From the NCBI RefSeq assembly GCF_006345805.1, contig NC_043017.1:19592001-19656000 (forward strand): a stretch of 64,000 nucleotides of DNA, given 5' to 3'. This document shows, piece by piece, positions 12,151 to 24,625 of the stretch. Made by a program: the position numbers and the translations under genes. The stretch's first letter is position 1. The number at the start of each line of letters is the position of its first letter. Source of the stretch: Octopus sinensis (taxonomy: Eukaryota). Under the pieces are notes generated by a model. The model did not search any database. It saw only the letters and a program-made list of their open reading frames with translations, and was not told the origin of the DNA.

Positions 12151-13918
12151 CAATGTAAAAACATAATCAAGAGAGCTACTAATAGTTTCATGCTTTCATG
12201 ATACTTGAACAGGCATATTTATAAAATACACCATGTATCTTAAAGTAATCTTTCGGGCTCTGTTTATGCTTTATGTATATTTTTAAAAACAAGGATACTG
12301 GACAGAAAAAAAAGAGGAAAAACATGGAAAAAAAACATGAAGAAGGTTGGTGCAAAAAGTGGAATGAGAAAAAAAAGAAACAAAACCAAGAATACTAAGA
12401 TCCCCATCCTCCCTGATTGCAGAAAGCTTGTTAAATACAATTGATTTAGAACAAAATAACAGAAAATGTGTCAAAATTTGTGAGGAGACATTGACTAAAT
12501 CTGAACTGTGTGGTGCTCTCCAATTCGATAAAAAAAAACCTGTCCATGTGTCTACACCTGTGTGTATATATGTATGTAGTATGTAGTTTTGACTGCAAGT
12601 TGAAATTGAACCCCTATCAGAGCTAACTGAGAAGTGGCGAATTGATGGGTTTGTTAGAACACTGGACAGACAGCTTTGTAGTGTACCTTCAAAATCTATG
12701 TGCTGAGATAACAAAGAGAGAATAAGAAATTTTGGACAAAGTTCTTTGAATTGCTTTTAAGATCTATATTGTAAATGTCTCACATAATCGTTGGTAGATT
12801 TGTCTTAGTGACAACGAGAGAGAGAGAGAAAAAAAGAGAAGGAGATGGCCAAAACGGAAAAGAGGGGAGGGGTGAAAGAATGAAAGATATGCAAAACGTG
12901 ATAAAGTAAGATACATAGATACACATAATAAAGACACACGGACAGACAGACAGCCAGTCTCTTAATTAGATGTAACAGGAGTTGATCATTTACACACAAA
13001 CACACATATATATATGTATTTATTTATTTGTCTGTGTTCAAATGTTTTATGGATGGTTGCTTCTCCTAACATCAATCATTTTCCTATCCGTGAGGTGGGG
13101 AAGGAAGGGGGGAAAGAGTAGGTGTGGAGGGGGATAAGTTGGAAAGGAAGAACTAAACTATGATGTGTTTAATTATCAGGAGACCCTCATATCCTAGACA
13201 CTCAATAAACTGACTATAGTCTTACTCTCTCTCTCTAAACACACACACATATATGAATATATATATGCGCATATATATTTATATATGTAAATATATGTGT
13301 GTGTAGGTGTATATATATATACATATACACACATATGCATACATACACATATATTGATATATTCTTGCGTGTGTAATGAAAACGCAACACTTACATCATA
13401 TCGTGTGATGATTTAATTTTAAAAATGACCCATTCATTTTGATGGCTTTGCCTGCTTGTCTGTTGAGAAATGACACATCTATTACTGCAATACCAAGAGT
13501 GCAACTCTAGTTGCCTGTTTCTGAATTGGGCTTTCAGAATTCAACCTATTGCACACAAACACAATATTTATTAATGTTTGTTTTTATGTCAAGTAATATA
13601 TAAAAGTGATTTAATATTAAACTGAAGGATTACTCAACACTTTTTTTTTTTTTATTAGCACAGTAGATATTAATTTTTACAAGGAATAATGTTGATAGTA
13701 ACTTTGAAGTTCCGACTTAATAGTAAGCCAAAACTTTGAAGTTACTGTCGACCTTTTCCTTACAAAAACTAACACATTTTTTTATGTACACACACACACA
13801 AACATACACATTTCTACATCATGAAAAAACAGCTGTTAAACAAATGAATCTGTGTGTATGTATGTATATGTATATATATATATATATATGTGTATATATG
13901 TGTATATATATATATATA

Positions 13919-13965
<47 letters not shown>

Positions 13966-14586
13966 GAGTGTATGTGGGTGTGTATGTGTATATGTGTGAG
14001 TGTGTGTATTTGTGTATGTGTATCTGTATATATGTATGTGTGTGTACATATGTGTATGTATATGTGCATATGTGAGAGAGAAAGAGAGAGAGAAGGAAAG
14101 AAACACACACTTTGAGGTGGTTTAATGACCATTTTCTTTCAGTGTATGGATTTATATGCATGTGTATGGGTGTATGTAATACACACACACACACACATAT
14201 ATATACCCACATACATACAAAGAGGAACCATGAGTAGGCATCGTCACAGACATAATCAACCCTCCTTCCAAATCCCAGCCCAACAAACTACTGTCACATT
14301 ACACGAAAATTGCTGAGGGACTCATGTGTTGCATGACTTGTGGTGTTTTAAACCGGGTGCTTGTCCGGATCCAAGAACAATAACATGTTGTTGTCATTGT
14401 TGTTGTGGGGTCACGGTAATTTAATAATTAAACTGAGACACATTAGTGTTATTGCAATTTATATGATTGGGGGGGGGGGAGTCAGGAATGGCAGCGCCAG
14501 AATTGGTGGAGCAGTTGGCAAAATGGCCTTGTGGGATTCATTTATGTTTTGGGGTTAAAATAGTTGGATTTTTCTACCATTGTATA

Positions 14587-14860
14587 TGTAAGGGTGCGGG
14601 TCGTCATCATTGTCACTGTCATCATCATCATCATCTCCACTATCATTATCCTCATCATTGCCATCACCATTATCAACATCATTATCACTGTCATCATCAT
14701 CATCATTGCCACTATCATTAGCCTCGTCACTGTCATCAACATCATCATCATCATCACCACTATCATTAGCTGTATCATTGTCATCACCACAGTAATCATC
14801 AGTATCACCAGCAGCATCATCATCTCCACTATCATCATCCTCCTCATCATCATCATCATC
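14587..14860. repeat. Degenerate (CAT)n trinucleotide field
   Basis: Direct inspection. Confidence 0.9.
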
Positions 14861-14895
14861 GCCGCCGCCGCTTTCCCTTAAGAATCTGATACATA

Positions 14896-15297
14896 GGCGC
14901 AGGAGTGGCTGTGTGGTAAGTAGCTTGTTTAACAACCACATGGTTCCGGGTTCAGTCCCACTGCGTGACACCTTGGGCAAGTGTCTTCTACTATAGCCTC
15001 GGGCCGACCAAAGCCTTGTGAGTGGATTTGGTAGATGGCAACTGAAAGAAGCCTGTCGTATATATGTATATATATATATATATGTATGTGCGTGTATGTT
15101 TGTGTGTGTGTGTTTGTCCCCCCAGCATTGCTCAACAACCGATGCTGGTGTGTTTATGTCCCCGTCACTTAGCGGTTCAGCAAAAGAGACCGATAGAATA
15201 AGTACTGGGCTCACAAAGAATAAGTCCCGGGGTCGAGTTGCTTGATTAAAGGCGGTGCTCCAGCATGGCCGCAGTCAAAATGACTGAAACAAGTAAA
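14896..15297 (+). mobile_element. Full-length young tRNA-derived SINE family 'A' (CORE-like motif, internal (TA)n(TG)n)
   Basis: GGCGCAGGAGTGGCTGTGTGG (A-box-like), GGTTCAGTCCC (B-box-like) and ACCTTGGGCAAGT (MIR-CORE-like). Near-identical to 33171-33586 and 36326-36749. Confidence 0.9.
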
Positions 15298-15964
15298 AAA
15301 AAAAAAGAGAAAAAAAAGATGGATGCAAATTGTTGGCTTGAATGCTCAGGTAAAGAAACAATGAATCAGCCACAAAAAAAAAATGCTTCAGAATAATTAT
15401 CATAATTAAATGATAAGTCTAAAGACTGGATGTTTTATAGAATTCTTCAATAAGATATGTTTTGGAAATAAGTGTTCTTACATATTTTTTTTTAATCTCA
15501 CATCAACAAATCTGAGGAACTCTTCAATATTAGAAACAAAAAAATTGTTATCTGAGAGAAAAGAAAAAAAAGAGTACATCTATGAGTGTGTGTAGGTGTG
15601 TGTGTGTGTGTCTGCTTGTTCATCATTTAGATTTTATGATAAGCAAAGATAAGACCCTGTAAGCAAAATACCAAGTTATATTTATTTCATAGTGAGTTAC
15701 ATTTTTTGAGAAGCGGGATGAGAGAATAGCAGACTAAATTTAGACAAAATCTTGTAGTTTGTGTCATTTCAGACATGGCTCTAGATTTGAATTTATGTGT
15801 GTGTATGTGTGTGCAAATCTGTATATGTATGTGTGTGTGTGTGTGTGAATATGTATGGTTATATCTGTGTGAGCATACAAACATATACACAAATATAAAG
15901 TGATGAGAGAGAGAGAGAAATAGAGAGAGCGAGAATTTCCTCTAAATATATGTATGCATGTATA

Positions 15965-16004
<40 letters not shown>

Positions 16005-16454
16005 CATATGTAAAAATGTGTATATATATGTGTGTGTGTATATATATATATATATATTAACGTATGTAAAAATGTGTGTATATATGGATGTGTGTGTGTG
16101 TGTGTATATATATATGTGTGTGTGTATATATGAATGCTATTTACACATTTACGCAGAGATATTTTTGTTGTTATGAATAGAAGATAGAGAGCGGAGAAGT
16201 ATGTCGTCTCTGATGGGTGCTGTTATGATAAGACAATCTTAAAAGATTGCACGCCATAATCATAATAATAATGTTTTCAACCAAAACTCTAAGGTAGAAT
16301 CACAAGAACATACACTGATGATGATGATGATCATGGCACACTTAGTAAACTTACAGGTATCAAATAACATTGGCTAGTCAGAAATATCTGGAGGATTTTA
16401 TTTATTCTTTTTTGTTCTAAAAGACAGGTAAAAAGAAAAAAAAAAAAAATTATC

Positions 16455-17053
16455 ATTTTAACCCTTTCTTTACCATATGGAAGATTTTAATTTAGCTCAC
16501 TTGAAAACATGAAGTTTGCATCAAGACTCTGGGGTGGTCTTAGTTGGATTGACATCAAAAGGGCGAAGATGATTTAAAATTTTTTTAAATATGTCCAACC
16601 CCATGGTGAGGAGGAAAGAAGAGGTATATGGAAGGTATATGGATTCAATCTGTATTTTGTCTTGTTATTAATAACAAGAGAGCTCTCAACAACAACCAAA
16701 ATGTATAGCAGTCAAATCTCCCTCAAATCCCAACTTAACCCCTCAACCCATTTGCTACCATGTTTATGTTGAAAGACACTGCTCTGTTTCAATTAATTAT
16801 GGAAAATAATAAAGAATTTATTAAAACAAACCTGTCCTTATTAGGATGGTGTTTGTAACATAAATTAACATGAAATTTTGCTGGAAGGTTTTAATTTAGA
16901 TCACTTTAACCCTTTTGTTACCATATTTCTGTAGACATACACTAACTTTCTTTCATTTAATTATGAAAATAACAAAGAATTTAATTTAATTATTTTGTCA
17001 TTATTAAGCTGGTATTTGTAACATAAATTAACATGAAATTTTGATGGAAGATT
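16455..17053. mobile_element. Cluster of piggyBac-like MITE 'E' fragments, one starting at a TTAA inside another
   Basis: TTAACCCTTT at about 16458; a copy at about 16735-16909; a new copy begins TTAA|CCCTTTTGTTACC at 16906. Confidence 0.7.
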
Positions 17054-17055
17054 CT

Positions 17056-17125
<70 letters not shown>

Positions 17126-17164
17126 GTATGTTATGGGAGAATCCTGAACACCCCCACATGACTG

Positions 17165-17312
17165 AAAGTGAAGTAACTGATGTGTCGCATAACCAGCCCG
17201 CTCAAAAGTACCTTGGATCGTAGGGCGACATGCCATGTTTGAGGAGGCCTATTGAGTCAAGCACATCAAAATTAAAATAAAATGGAAATTGTAGTTGTGA
17301 TCCCCGTGCCAT
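17165..17312 (+). mobile_element. Upstream portion of SINE family 'D'
   Basis: Its end aatggaaattgtagttgtgatccccgtgcc is the reverse complement of the distal end of the 7808-8220 element (ggcactggtatcacagttacaatttccatt). Confidence 0.6.
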
Positions 17313-17696
17313 AACATACAATTACATCATAGTATATAAACCACCATCTTCAGATAAAATTTTAAACTTGGTTTATATTGAATTTCGTATCTACACACAA
17401 ACACGCGCACACACATATACATACATACAGTACACTACCAACTCATGATACCTCATGGTTGTTTCATCTCACTGCGAACTCAATGTTATGGAATTCAGCC
17501 AGTCCTGGCATCCTATGCATTCATTCACCTGAATTCGAATGAATTCTGTGACTAATCTATATATTCATGTGTGTGTGTGCGAGTTTGTACCCAACCACTG
17601 CTTGACAGCCAGTGTTGGTTTGTTTATGTCCCCATGGCTTAGCAATTAAACAAAAGATATCAATAGAGTAATTTAAAAATAAGTAGTGGAGTTGAT

Positions 17697-17905
17697 ATAA
17701 TAATAATAATGAAATTATTGTATACAGTGCTCAGGTGCACCACAACTTGTCAAAAAGTGTGTATAAAGTATATGCAGTAATGTACAAGTGTCTGGAAAGC
17801 AAACAGTGTACGAGTCAGATACATGCTTGCGTGTGTATGGAGGGGAGAAAATCAGGTGTAGTGTTGGTGAATCTCAGAAAGCATGGAAGTTTTGAAGGAT
17901 GCAGT
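17697..17905 (-). mobile_element. CR1/Jockey-group-like LINE 3' end with (ATT)n tail, copy 1
   Basis: About 200 bp, highly similar to 18687-18905. The minus strand reads TASFKTSMLSEIHQHYT* followed by a 3' UTR ending in (ATT)n. Confidence 0.7.
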
Positions 17906-18041
17906 TTCTACCTACATCTTTTCGACAGGTTGGGCAGGACTATCCATCTGAGAGGATTTGTGATTTGTTTGCCTTCCTACTTACTATGAGTTTGGTTTTT
18001 GCTAGGTCAACTCTAAGGCCCTTTCATTCTAGACCTTGCTT

Positions 18042-18076
18042 CCTATACCTGGAACTTCTCTAGTTCCAGGTATAGG
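18042..18076. repeat. Perfect hairpin, 15-bp stem and 5-nt loop
   Basis: CCTATACCTGGAACT-tctct-AGTTCCAGGTATAGG. Confidence 0.95.
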
Positions 18077-18681
18077 TATATCTTTGACTAAGCCTTCCAA
18101 GGCGATGCCCCAGCATGGCTGTAGTCCAGTAACTGAAGTAGATAGAAGAAAGCCACGAGGTAAGAAAGAGAAGCTGACAAGGGGGGGGGGAGCAAGATGT
18201 GGAGAAAAGCAGGAAAGTTTCCAGAACATCAGAGAATTGGAGAAATTAGAACTGTAAAAGATTAACCAATAAAAAATAATAGTTCGATGAAATATTTAAA
18301 AGCTCATGTTTGTGAGAAAATCAATATTGTCCCTTTTAATTAAAATGTTAAATAACTTCATGTCGTTTGTCCTGGTTACCATATTGCATGTTTTTCTCTT
18401 TTTTTTTAATGCTGGCGGCAAAGTTTTAAATTGGATAGCCATTGCAACCTGTGTCTAGTGTTCACCATTAAACTTGTTGATGCTATCTCTCTTAGAGTCG
18501 TCATAAATTATCTTAACCTCACGGGTGTGTGATGCCACGGGCAAGTGTCACATGCTTCAGACTAATTTCCCTTTATCTGAACCTTGTAAATAGATCGGCT
18601 TATTGTTGTGAGTGTAGTTGTCCAGCTCCAGTTAGCTCCCCTGATTGAGTAAATCTATGAGCAAAGATGTTGAGGTTTATA

Positions 18682-18686
<5 letters not shown>

Positions 18687-18716
<30 letters not shown>

Positions 18717-18922
18717 AATTATTGTATACAGTGCTCAGGTGCACCACAACTTGTCAGAAAGTGTGTATAAAGTATATGCAGTAATGTACAAGTGTCTGGA
18801 AAGCGAACAATGTATGAGTCAGATACATGCTTGTGTGTAGGGGAGAAAATCAGGTGTAGTGTTGGCGAATCTCAGGAAGCATGGAAGTTTTGAAGGATGC
18901 AGTGCTCCAACAACTAACAATT
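18687..18922 (-). mobile_element. CR1/Jockey-group-like LINE 3' end with (ATT)n tail, copy 2
   Basis: The minus strand reads IVSCWSTASFKTSMLPEIRQHYT*, resembling the CR1-type terminal 'VV.a.s…FK..L' pattern. Confidence 0.7.
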
Positions 18923-19124
18923 GTCTCCTCTTTGTTAAACAATTTCGTTACCAGATTCCTGCTTTGTTTTAATTAATTTGAAAATAATGGACAATTTAGT
19001 AAAATATCTCGAATTTTGATGGAAGGTTTTAAGGTTTAATTTAAAATACTCTAAATGACTTGGTAATTAAATATACACACATGAGGTGTTGTCTCACTCA
19101 TTATTATTAATAATAATAACAATC

Positions 19125-19225
19125 CTTTCTACTATAGGCACAAGGCCTGAAATTTGGTGGGAAGTGAACTACTTGATTACATCGACCCCAGTGTTTCACT
19201 GGTACTTAATTTATCAATCCCCAAA
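19125..19225 (-). mobile_element. SINE family 'B' 3' half
   Basis: cctttctactataggcacaaggcctgaaattt…catcgaccccagtg. Confidence 0.85.
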
Positions 19226-19387
19226 ATAATAATAATAATAATAATAATAGGAAAGATTATCAGAAAGGTTTTGAACACTTGAAAGACTACTGAGAGCTTA
19301 TGGATATCTAAGGTTACAAGCAGTAACCTGCCACGCACATAAATTCTACCCGGAATAAGACCAAACTTGAGTCAAGTTGAATAATAA

Positions 19388-19743
19388 TAAGAGCACACAG
19401 AGAGTGCAAACTTCTGCCAAAGCAACACCAATGTCCTCTCAACCATAGCCCAGAGATGATTTTTAAAATGAAAATATCTGAAATAAACTCGACTGCTCTC
19501 AAAAACGAGAATACTAAAAATGAACCCGACCGCTCTCACAAATTAAGTAAAAAACTGGAAAAATAATCCAGAATCCTTGTCCAGTAACGGATCGATCCCA
19601 AAATAATCAGTTCGTGCCAGTCACAAGGCCAAACACCCCTGAAAGTTTCATTTGAATCCATTTAACAGTTCTTGAGATCTTATTCACGGACAAACAAACA
19701 CAACTGAAAACAACACCTTCACCTTCACTAAGGCGGAGGTAAT
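19388..19743. mobile_element. Non-autonomous element with asymmetric subterminal inverted repeats (Helentron-associated HINE/DINE-like; class uncertain)
   Basis: The left ACTTCTGCCAAAG is roughly the reverse complement of the right CTAAGGCGGAGGT. There is a short terminal hairpin cctt-cact-aagg and a (CAAA)n tract near the right end, which finishes GGCGGAGGTAA. Confidence 0.5.
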
Positions 19744-19751
19744 AATAAAAA

Positions 19752-20130
19752 TCCTTTCAACTATAGTGCAAAGGGCCTGAAATTTTGAGGGAGGGGGCTA
19801 GTCAATTACATTGACCTGCAGTACTTGACTGGTTACTTATCTTATTAACCCCAAAAGGATGAAAGGCATAGTTGACCTTGGCTGAATTTGAACTCAGTGC
19901 TGTTAAGCATTTGGTCCAGCGTACCGAAACAGCAACAACAACAATAGTGGTTTCAAATTTTGGACAACGCCAGCAATTTTTTGGGGGGGTGGGGGTGGAG
20001 GAGGTGCAAATTGATTACATCAATCCCCAGTATTCAACTGGTACTTATTTTACCAACCCTGAAAGGTTGAAAGCCAAAGCTAAGCATTTTGTCTGGCGTG
20101 ATAACGATTCTGCCAGCTCACCACTTTAAT
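19752..20130 (-). mobile_element. Two SINE family 'B' copies head-to-tail
   Basis: Family-B motifs at about 19752-19925 and 19945-20130. Confidence 0.8.
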
Positions 20131-20409
20131 AATGATAATAATAATAATAATAATATTAAAAATCATGTCTGATGATTTAAGGTTGATATTTTTGGCAAAG
20201 CCACTTCTTTATTTATTAGTAAAAATGTCTAATCATACAGCTATTTTAGAATATTACAGAATAAACGAATAAATAAAGTAATAAATCAGTGATAAAAATC
20301 AGAGAAAAATGTTTACAGCAGCATCACGAGAAAGGTAAACTTGTAGAAATGAAGCCCCATGGCTTGGTTTTCTGATAAGTAAAAGTGGAAATGTGTTTAT
20401 TATACAGGT

Positions 20410-20529
20410 GTGTGTAAGTATGTATGTATGTGTGTATATGTATATATATATATATATATATGTATATACATATATACATACATATATACATATATAATAT
20501 ATATATATATATATATATAATGTATATAC

Positions 20530-20567
<38 letters not shown>

Positions 20568-20588
20568 ATAATGTATATACATATATAA

Positions 20589-20635
<47 letters not shown>

Positions 20636-20708
20636 ATATATACATACATATATACATACATATATATATACATACATATATACATACATATATACATACA
20701 TACATATA

Positions 20709-20740
<32 letters not shown>

Positions 20741-20775
20741 CATATATATACATACATACATATACACATACATAC

Positions 20776-20806
<31 letters not shown>

Positions 20807-20945
20807 CATATATAGACACACACATAGAGATTGATAGATAGAAATAGATAGACAGTCAGACAGATATACTGATAGACATACAGATAGAAATAGACAGACA
20901 GACAAATATATATACATTTTAATTGATATATATATAGATAGATAG
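20410..20945. repeat. (TA)/(TACA) and (GATA)/(GACA) microsatellite field
   Basis: Direct inspection. Confidence 0.95.
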
Positions 20946-21559
20946 TTTTGAGACACAAGTTTCAGTGAAACAGACAGATGCAAGGGATAGCCTGGGAGAG
21001 TCTGGACGAATGTATCTGTTTTTAAGAGAAACGAAGCCAGAGTGACAGTTTGGGGTCTCTATTAAAAAGCTGTATGTTTATAACTCTGACTTAATGGCAC
21101 ACTCTAGGGGATTCTGGGATAGCAAATATAAACAGGTCCTGTAGGATCAGTGGCAATGAAAATATAAATAAAGGAAGTAAAGAGGCAAACAGTTGATAAT
21201 ATTTCGAGACTTAGGGGTTCACTTCAATGTTAAACAAATTTTGGAAAGTAAAAAAAAAAAAAAAAAAAAAAAGGTGGGGGTGGGGAGTATCTATTTTCTG
21301 TGTTTGTATGTCTAAGGGTGGAGAAACAGCAGGATCTGCCCTGGTTTACGTTGGAAGGTCACAGTATTTTTTATTTCGATGTTGTTGTTGTTGTTGCTGT
21401 CGTTAAATATTTCTTAAATCTGATTCTCATGCACACACACATACACACAGTTGTGCCATCAAGATGAGGAAGAGGTGGTGGTGGCGGCAATGATAGCCCT
21501 TCTAACCTGCTAGAAATAGTAGTCAAAAATATGTCTTCAAATGCAGAACCTTAATATCT

Positions 21560-22110
21560 AAAATCATCATCATAATTACCATCATATTCCGTGCTGGCAA
21601 GGGCTGGACGGGTCGACAGGAGCTGGCAAGGCTGGAGAGCTGCACCAGGTTCCATTTGTCTGCTTTGGCACAGTTTCTATAGCTGGATGCCCTTCCTAAT
21701 GCCAACCACTTTACAGAGTGTACTGGGTGGTTTTTACGTGGCACCAGCATCAGTGCTTTATACATGGCACCAGCACAGGTGCTTTTAATATGAAACTAGC
21801 ACACAAATAAATAAATAAAAGAACGACAGGTTGGATGATGATGATGATGGTCACCACAACCATTTTTTCTTTCTTCCTTTAATGACTGCTTTTCCATGCT
21901 TGCATGGGTCAAATAGAATTTGTCAAGGCAGATTTTCTATGGCTGGATGCCCTTTCTGTCACCAACCCTCGCCTGTTTCTAAGTAAGAAAATAATTTCCC
22001 CATGACTACACGTTTTCATGGATGATTGGAAACAAAGCATGTATGACAGTGATGCTTATTTACAACAACTGCACAATGTCAAAGCAAGGAGACAGAGACA
22101 AACAACTCCT
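21560..22110 (-). mobile_element. Two SINE family 'D' copies with different bodies
   Basis: gctggatgcccttcctaatgccaacc at about 21680 and gctggatgccctttctgtcaccaacc at about 21940. The sequences following the V-like core differ. Confidence 0.7.
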
Positions 22111-22196
22111 CACATGAGCACACACATGTGCATATACATGTGTGTGTTTGTGTATATACATACATACATACATACCTACATACATACGTAGATACA

Positions 22197-22362
22197 TCTA
22201 TCTATCTGCTCAGTTGAAGTCGACTCTCGGTCACTCGTTGGGTCAGTGTCCTCCAATCAGTTCTGTCCTGGGCCACTTCTTTCAGATTGGCTATGTCCAT
22301 TCTGGTATCACTCTTGATGGTGTCAAGCCAGCGGGTTTTTGGTCGGCCTCTTCCTCTCTCCC
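22197..22362 (-). mobile_element. 5'-truncated RTE-clade LINE 3' end, same family as 10226-10420
   Basis: The minus strand reads ERGRGRPKTRWLDTIKSDTRMDIANLKEVAQDRTDWRTLTQRVTESRLQLSR*, then a (TAGA)n tail. Confidence 0.9.
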
Positions 22363-22392
22363 TCTTCCTCACACATATATGTATATATATTA

Positions 22393-22706
22393 TGTGGCTT
22401 AGTGGTTAGGGCATTCGGCTCACATTTGTAAGGTTATGAGTTCAATTCCTGACCACGCATTGTGTCCTTGAGCAAGATACTTTATTTCACATTGCTCCAG
22501 TGCACTCAGCTGGCAAAAATGAGTGGTACCTGTAATTCAAAGGGCCAGCCTTGTCACACTCTGTGTCATCCTGAATCTCCCTCAGAACTACGTTAAGGGT
22601 ACATGTGTCTGTGGAGTGCTCAGCCACTTGCATATTAATTTCACGAGCAAGCTGTTCTGTTGATCGTACCAGCTGGGACCCTCATTGTTGTAATTGATGG
22701 AGTGTT
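22393..22706 (+). mobile_element. tRNA-derived CORE-like SINE family 'C'
   Basis: TGGCTTAGTGG (A box), GAGTTCAATTCC (B box) and GTGTCCTTGAGCAAGATACTT (similar to MIR core GTGACCTTGGGCAAGTCACTT). Homologous to 36755-37033 and 46714-47034. Confidence 0.85.
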
Positions 22707-23438
22707 CCTATATATATATATATATATATATATACTAATGGTCATCAACACAAAGAACAAACATAACACATTGACTGACCCAGGAACTGAAACTACAATC
22801 TTTACAATTGTGTGTGCAACACCCTAACCGCTAGGCCAAAAGTTTTCACAAAACATGACATTTATTCCGGCGCTCCACCGATTCTGATTCTCTCCACCAA
22901 TTCTTCCTTCACATTCATTCATTTTCACTTTCACATCATATTTTATTTTCAAAAAAACATCAACATCATTATCATCATCATTGCTTTTGTAGCCATTCCA
23001 TTAGAACAATCTTCGTTAAAAACCGCAAACAAAGCAAGAAAGAAACTGCTTCCATTTAAAGAATTTTTACCATTTTTTGAAGATGCAGCTGGAAGATTAC
23101 CACTCGTGTTTCATAAAATATTCCATTCTCCTTTTCCGAATAATAAAAGTAATTACAATGTTTAACAGAGTTCGGGACGGAAGATTTTATTTTGTTTTGT
23201 TTTTGTTTTTGTTTTATATTTCTCACCCCCACCCACTCACACACACAGCCACCTTCAAAATTCTTAATGTAAAGAATGTGACAACAGAATCTTTCATTCA
23301 TTCGTTGATTTTTGTTCATATTTCAATTTTATTTTAGTTTTATTTGATTTTTAGCTGCCTCTTTCTTCTCTCCTTATTCATTCATTCATTTATAGTTGAT
23401 AAGAAGACAATTTGGAAAAGGAGAGAGTGAGAGAATAG

Positions 23439-23474
<36 letters not shown>

Positions 23475-24625
23475 GAGAGAAGCTCAGAGGAATTAGAGAC
23501 AATTGAAATACAGGCGTTGTGAATCATATTCTTGGAAGGAGGGAGAGGGGGAAAGAAAAAGAGAGAAGTAGAGAGGAAGAAGAGGAGATAGATAGATAGA
23601 TAAATAGATAGAGGGAGAGAGATAGAGAGAGAGGACATTGTTAAGCAACAATACAAGAATGAGTGTCTCCTTATAATACTTAATAAGACAGAGCTAGGAT
23701 TACAAAACACACACACACACACACACACAGACATTGAACACACAAACACACAGACATTGAACACACAAACACACTTACACATGTTTCTTAAATGAAAAAA
23801 AAAACAACCTCAAAAAACAAGAAAAAACATTTTGTGAAAGATGTTTTCCCTCGTAAACTATAAACTATGAATGATGCCATGGCTTTGGTTTGTCTTTCAA
23901 CTTTCTCAGAAACATTTCCAAGTAAAATATGCAAATCATTTAACCCCCTCCCCTCCTTTGGCTCTACCCCACCTTAACTCCAAGGTAGATACATAACGAG
24001 AGGCAAAGATTTCCCAGTGAGTCAGATGTTTACTCGACTCCAAATGAAAGCCAATAAGAAATTTTAAGAGATTTTCCTCAAAAGACGTTACAATTATCTT
24101 ATTATTGCAAGAGCAGCACATGCTATCAAAATGATGTTGGGGTACAAATATAGGAAGTCTAATACAGCCATCCTGACTACTCATCTGATGAGGGTACATA
24201 AAGCACATGCATCACAACTACATGTGCACGACATGGTGATCTCATATCAAGATAAACAGCGCATGACCTTGCAAATGGGGCCCAGTTAGAATTTTTTTTC
24301 AGGTTGAGTAGCCCATCCCACTCAAAAGGTCCCTGAATAAGGGTTGTTTAATGATGATGATTGAAATACCCATGTTTCCAGGGATGGATTATTCCTCTCA
24401 ATACATGGCTATGATGCCCCTCCACTACTCCTGCTTGTGATCAGAGATGCACAAATTGTCAGCCACTAAGGGACATGCACAACTGCAGCATGTCTGCAAA
24501 TCTGTGGTTATTGAGCAGAATATTTACTGTTGCCCATCTTTTATACCAAAACAAAACATGTACATGATAATATTTCCAATCAGTTAAGATCAGAGGCCAT
24601 GAGATCCACTGTCTGTAATTAACCA

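Noticed and set aside
14896-14965. tRNA-like heads (families A, B, C, G) as tRNA genes
   Set aside because: A/B boxes are present, but there is no complete cloverleaf and they run into SINE bodies.
14555-15214. 219-aa minus ORF and the similar ORFs at 32998-33417, 36306-36566 and 40521-40949 (…RHLPK…GTEPGTMWL…)
   Set aside because: They are antisense translations of SINE family A; the similarity between them reflects the repeat, not a protein family.
24230-24490. Higher-GC segment that I recall as an octopus interspersed repeat
   Set aside because: It is single-copy in this window and has no diagnostic termini, so I cannot support a classification from the sequence alone.
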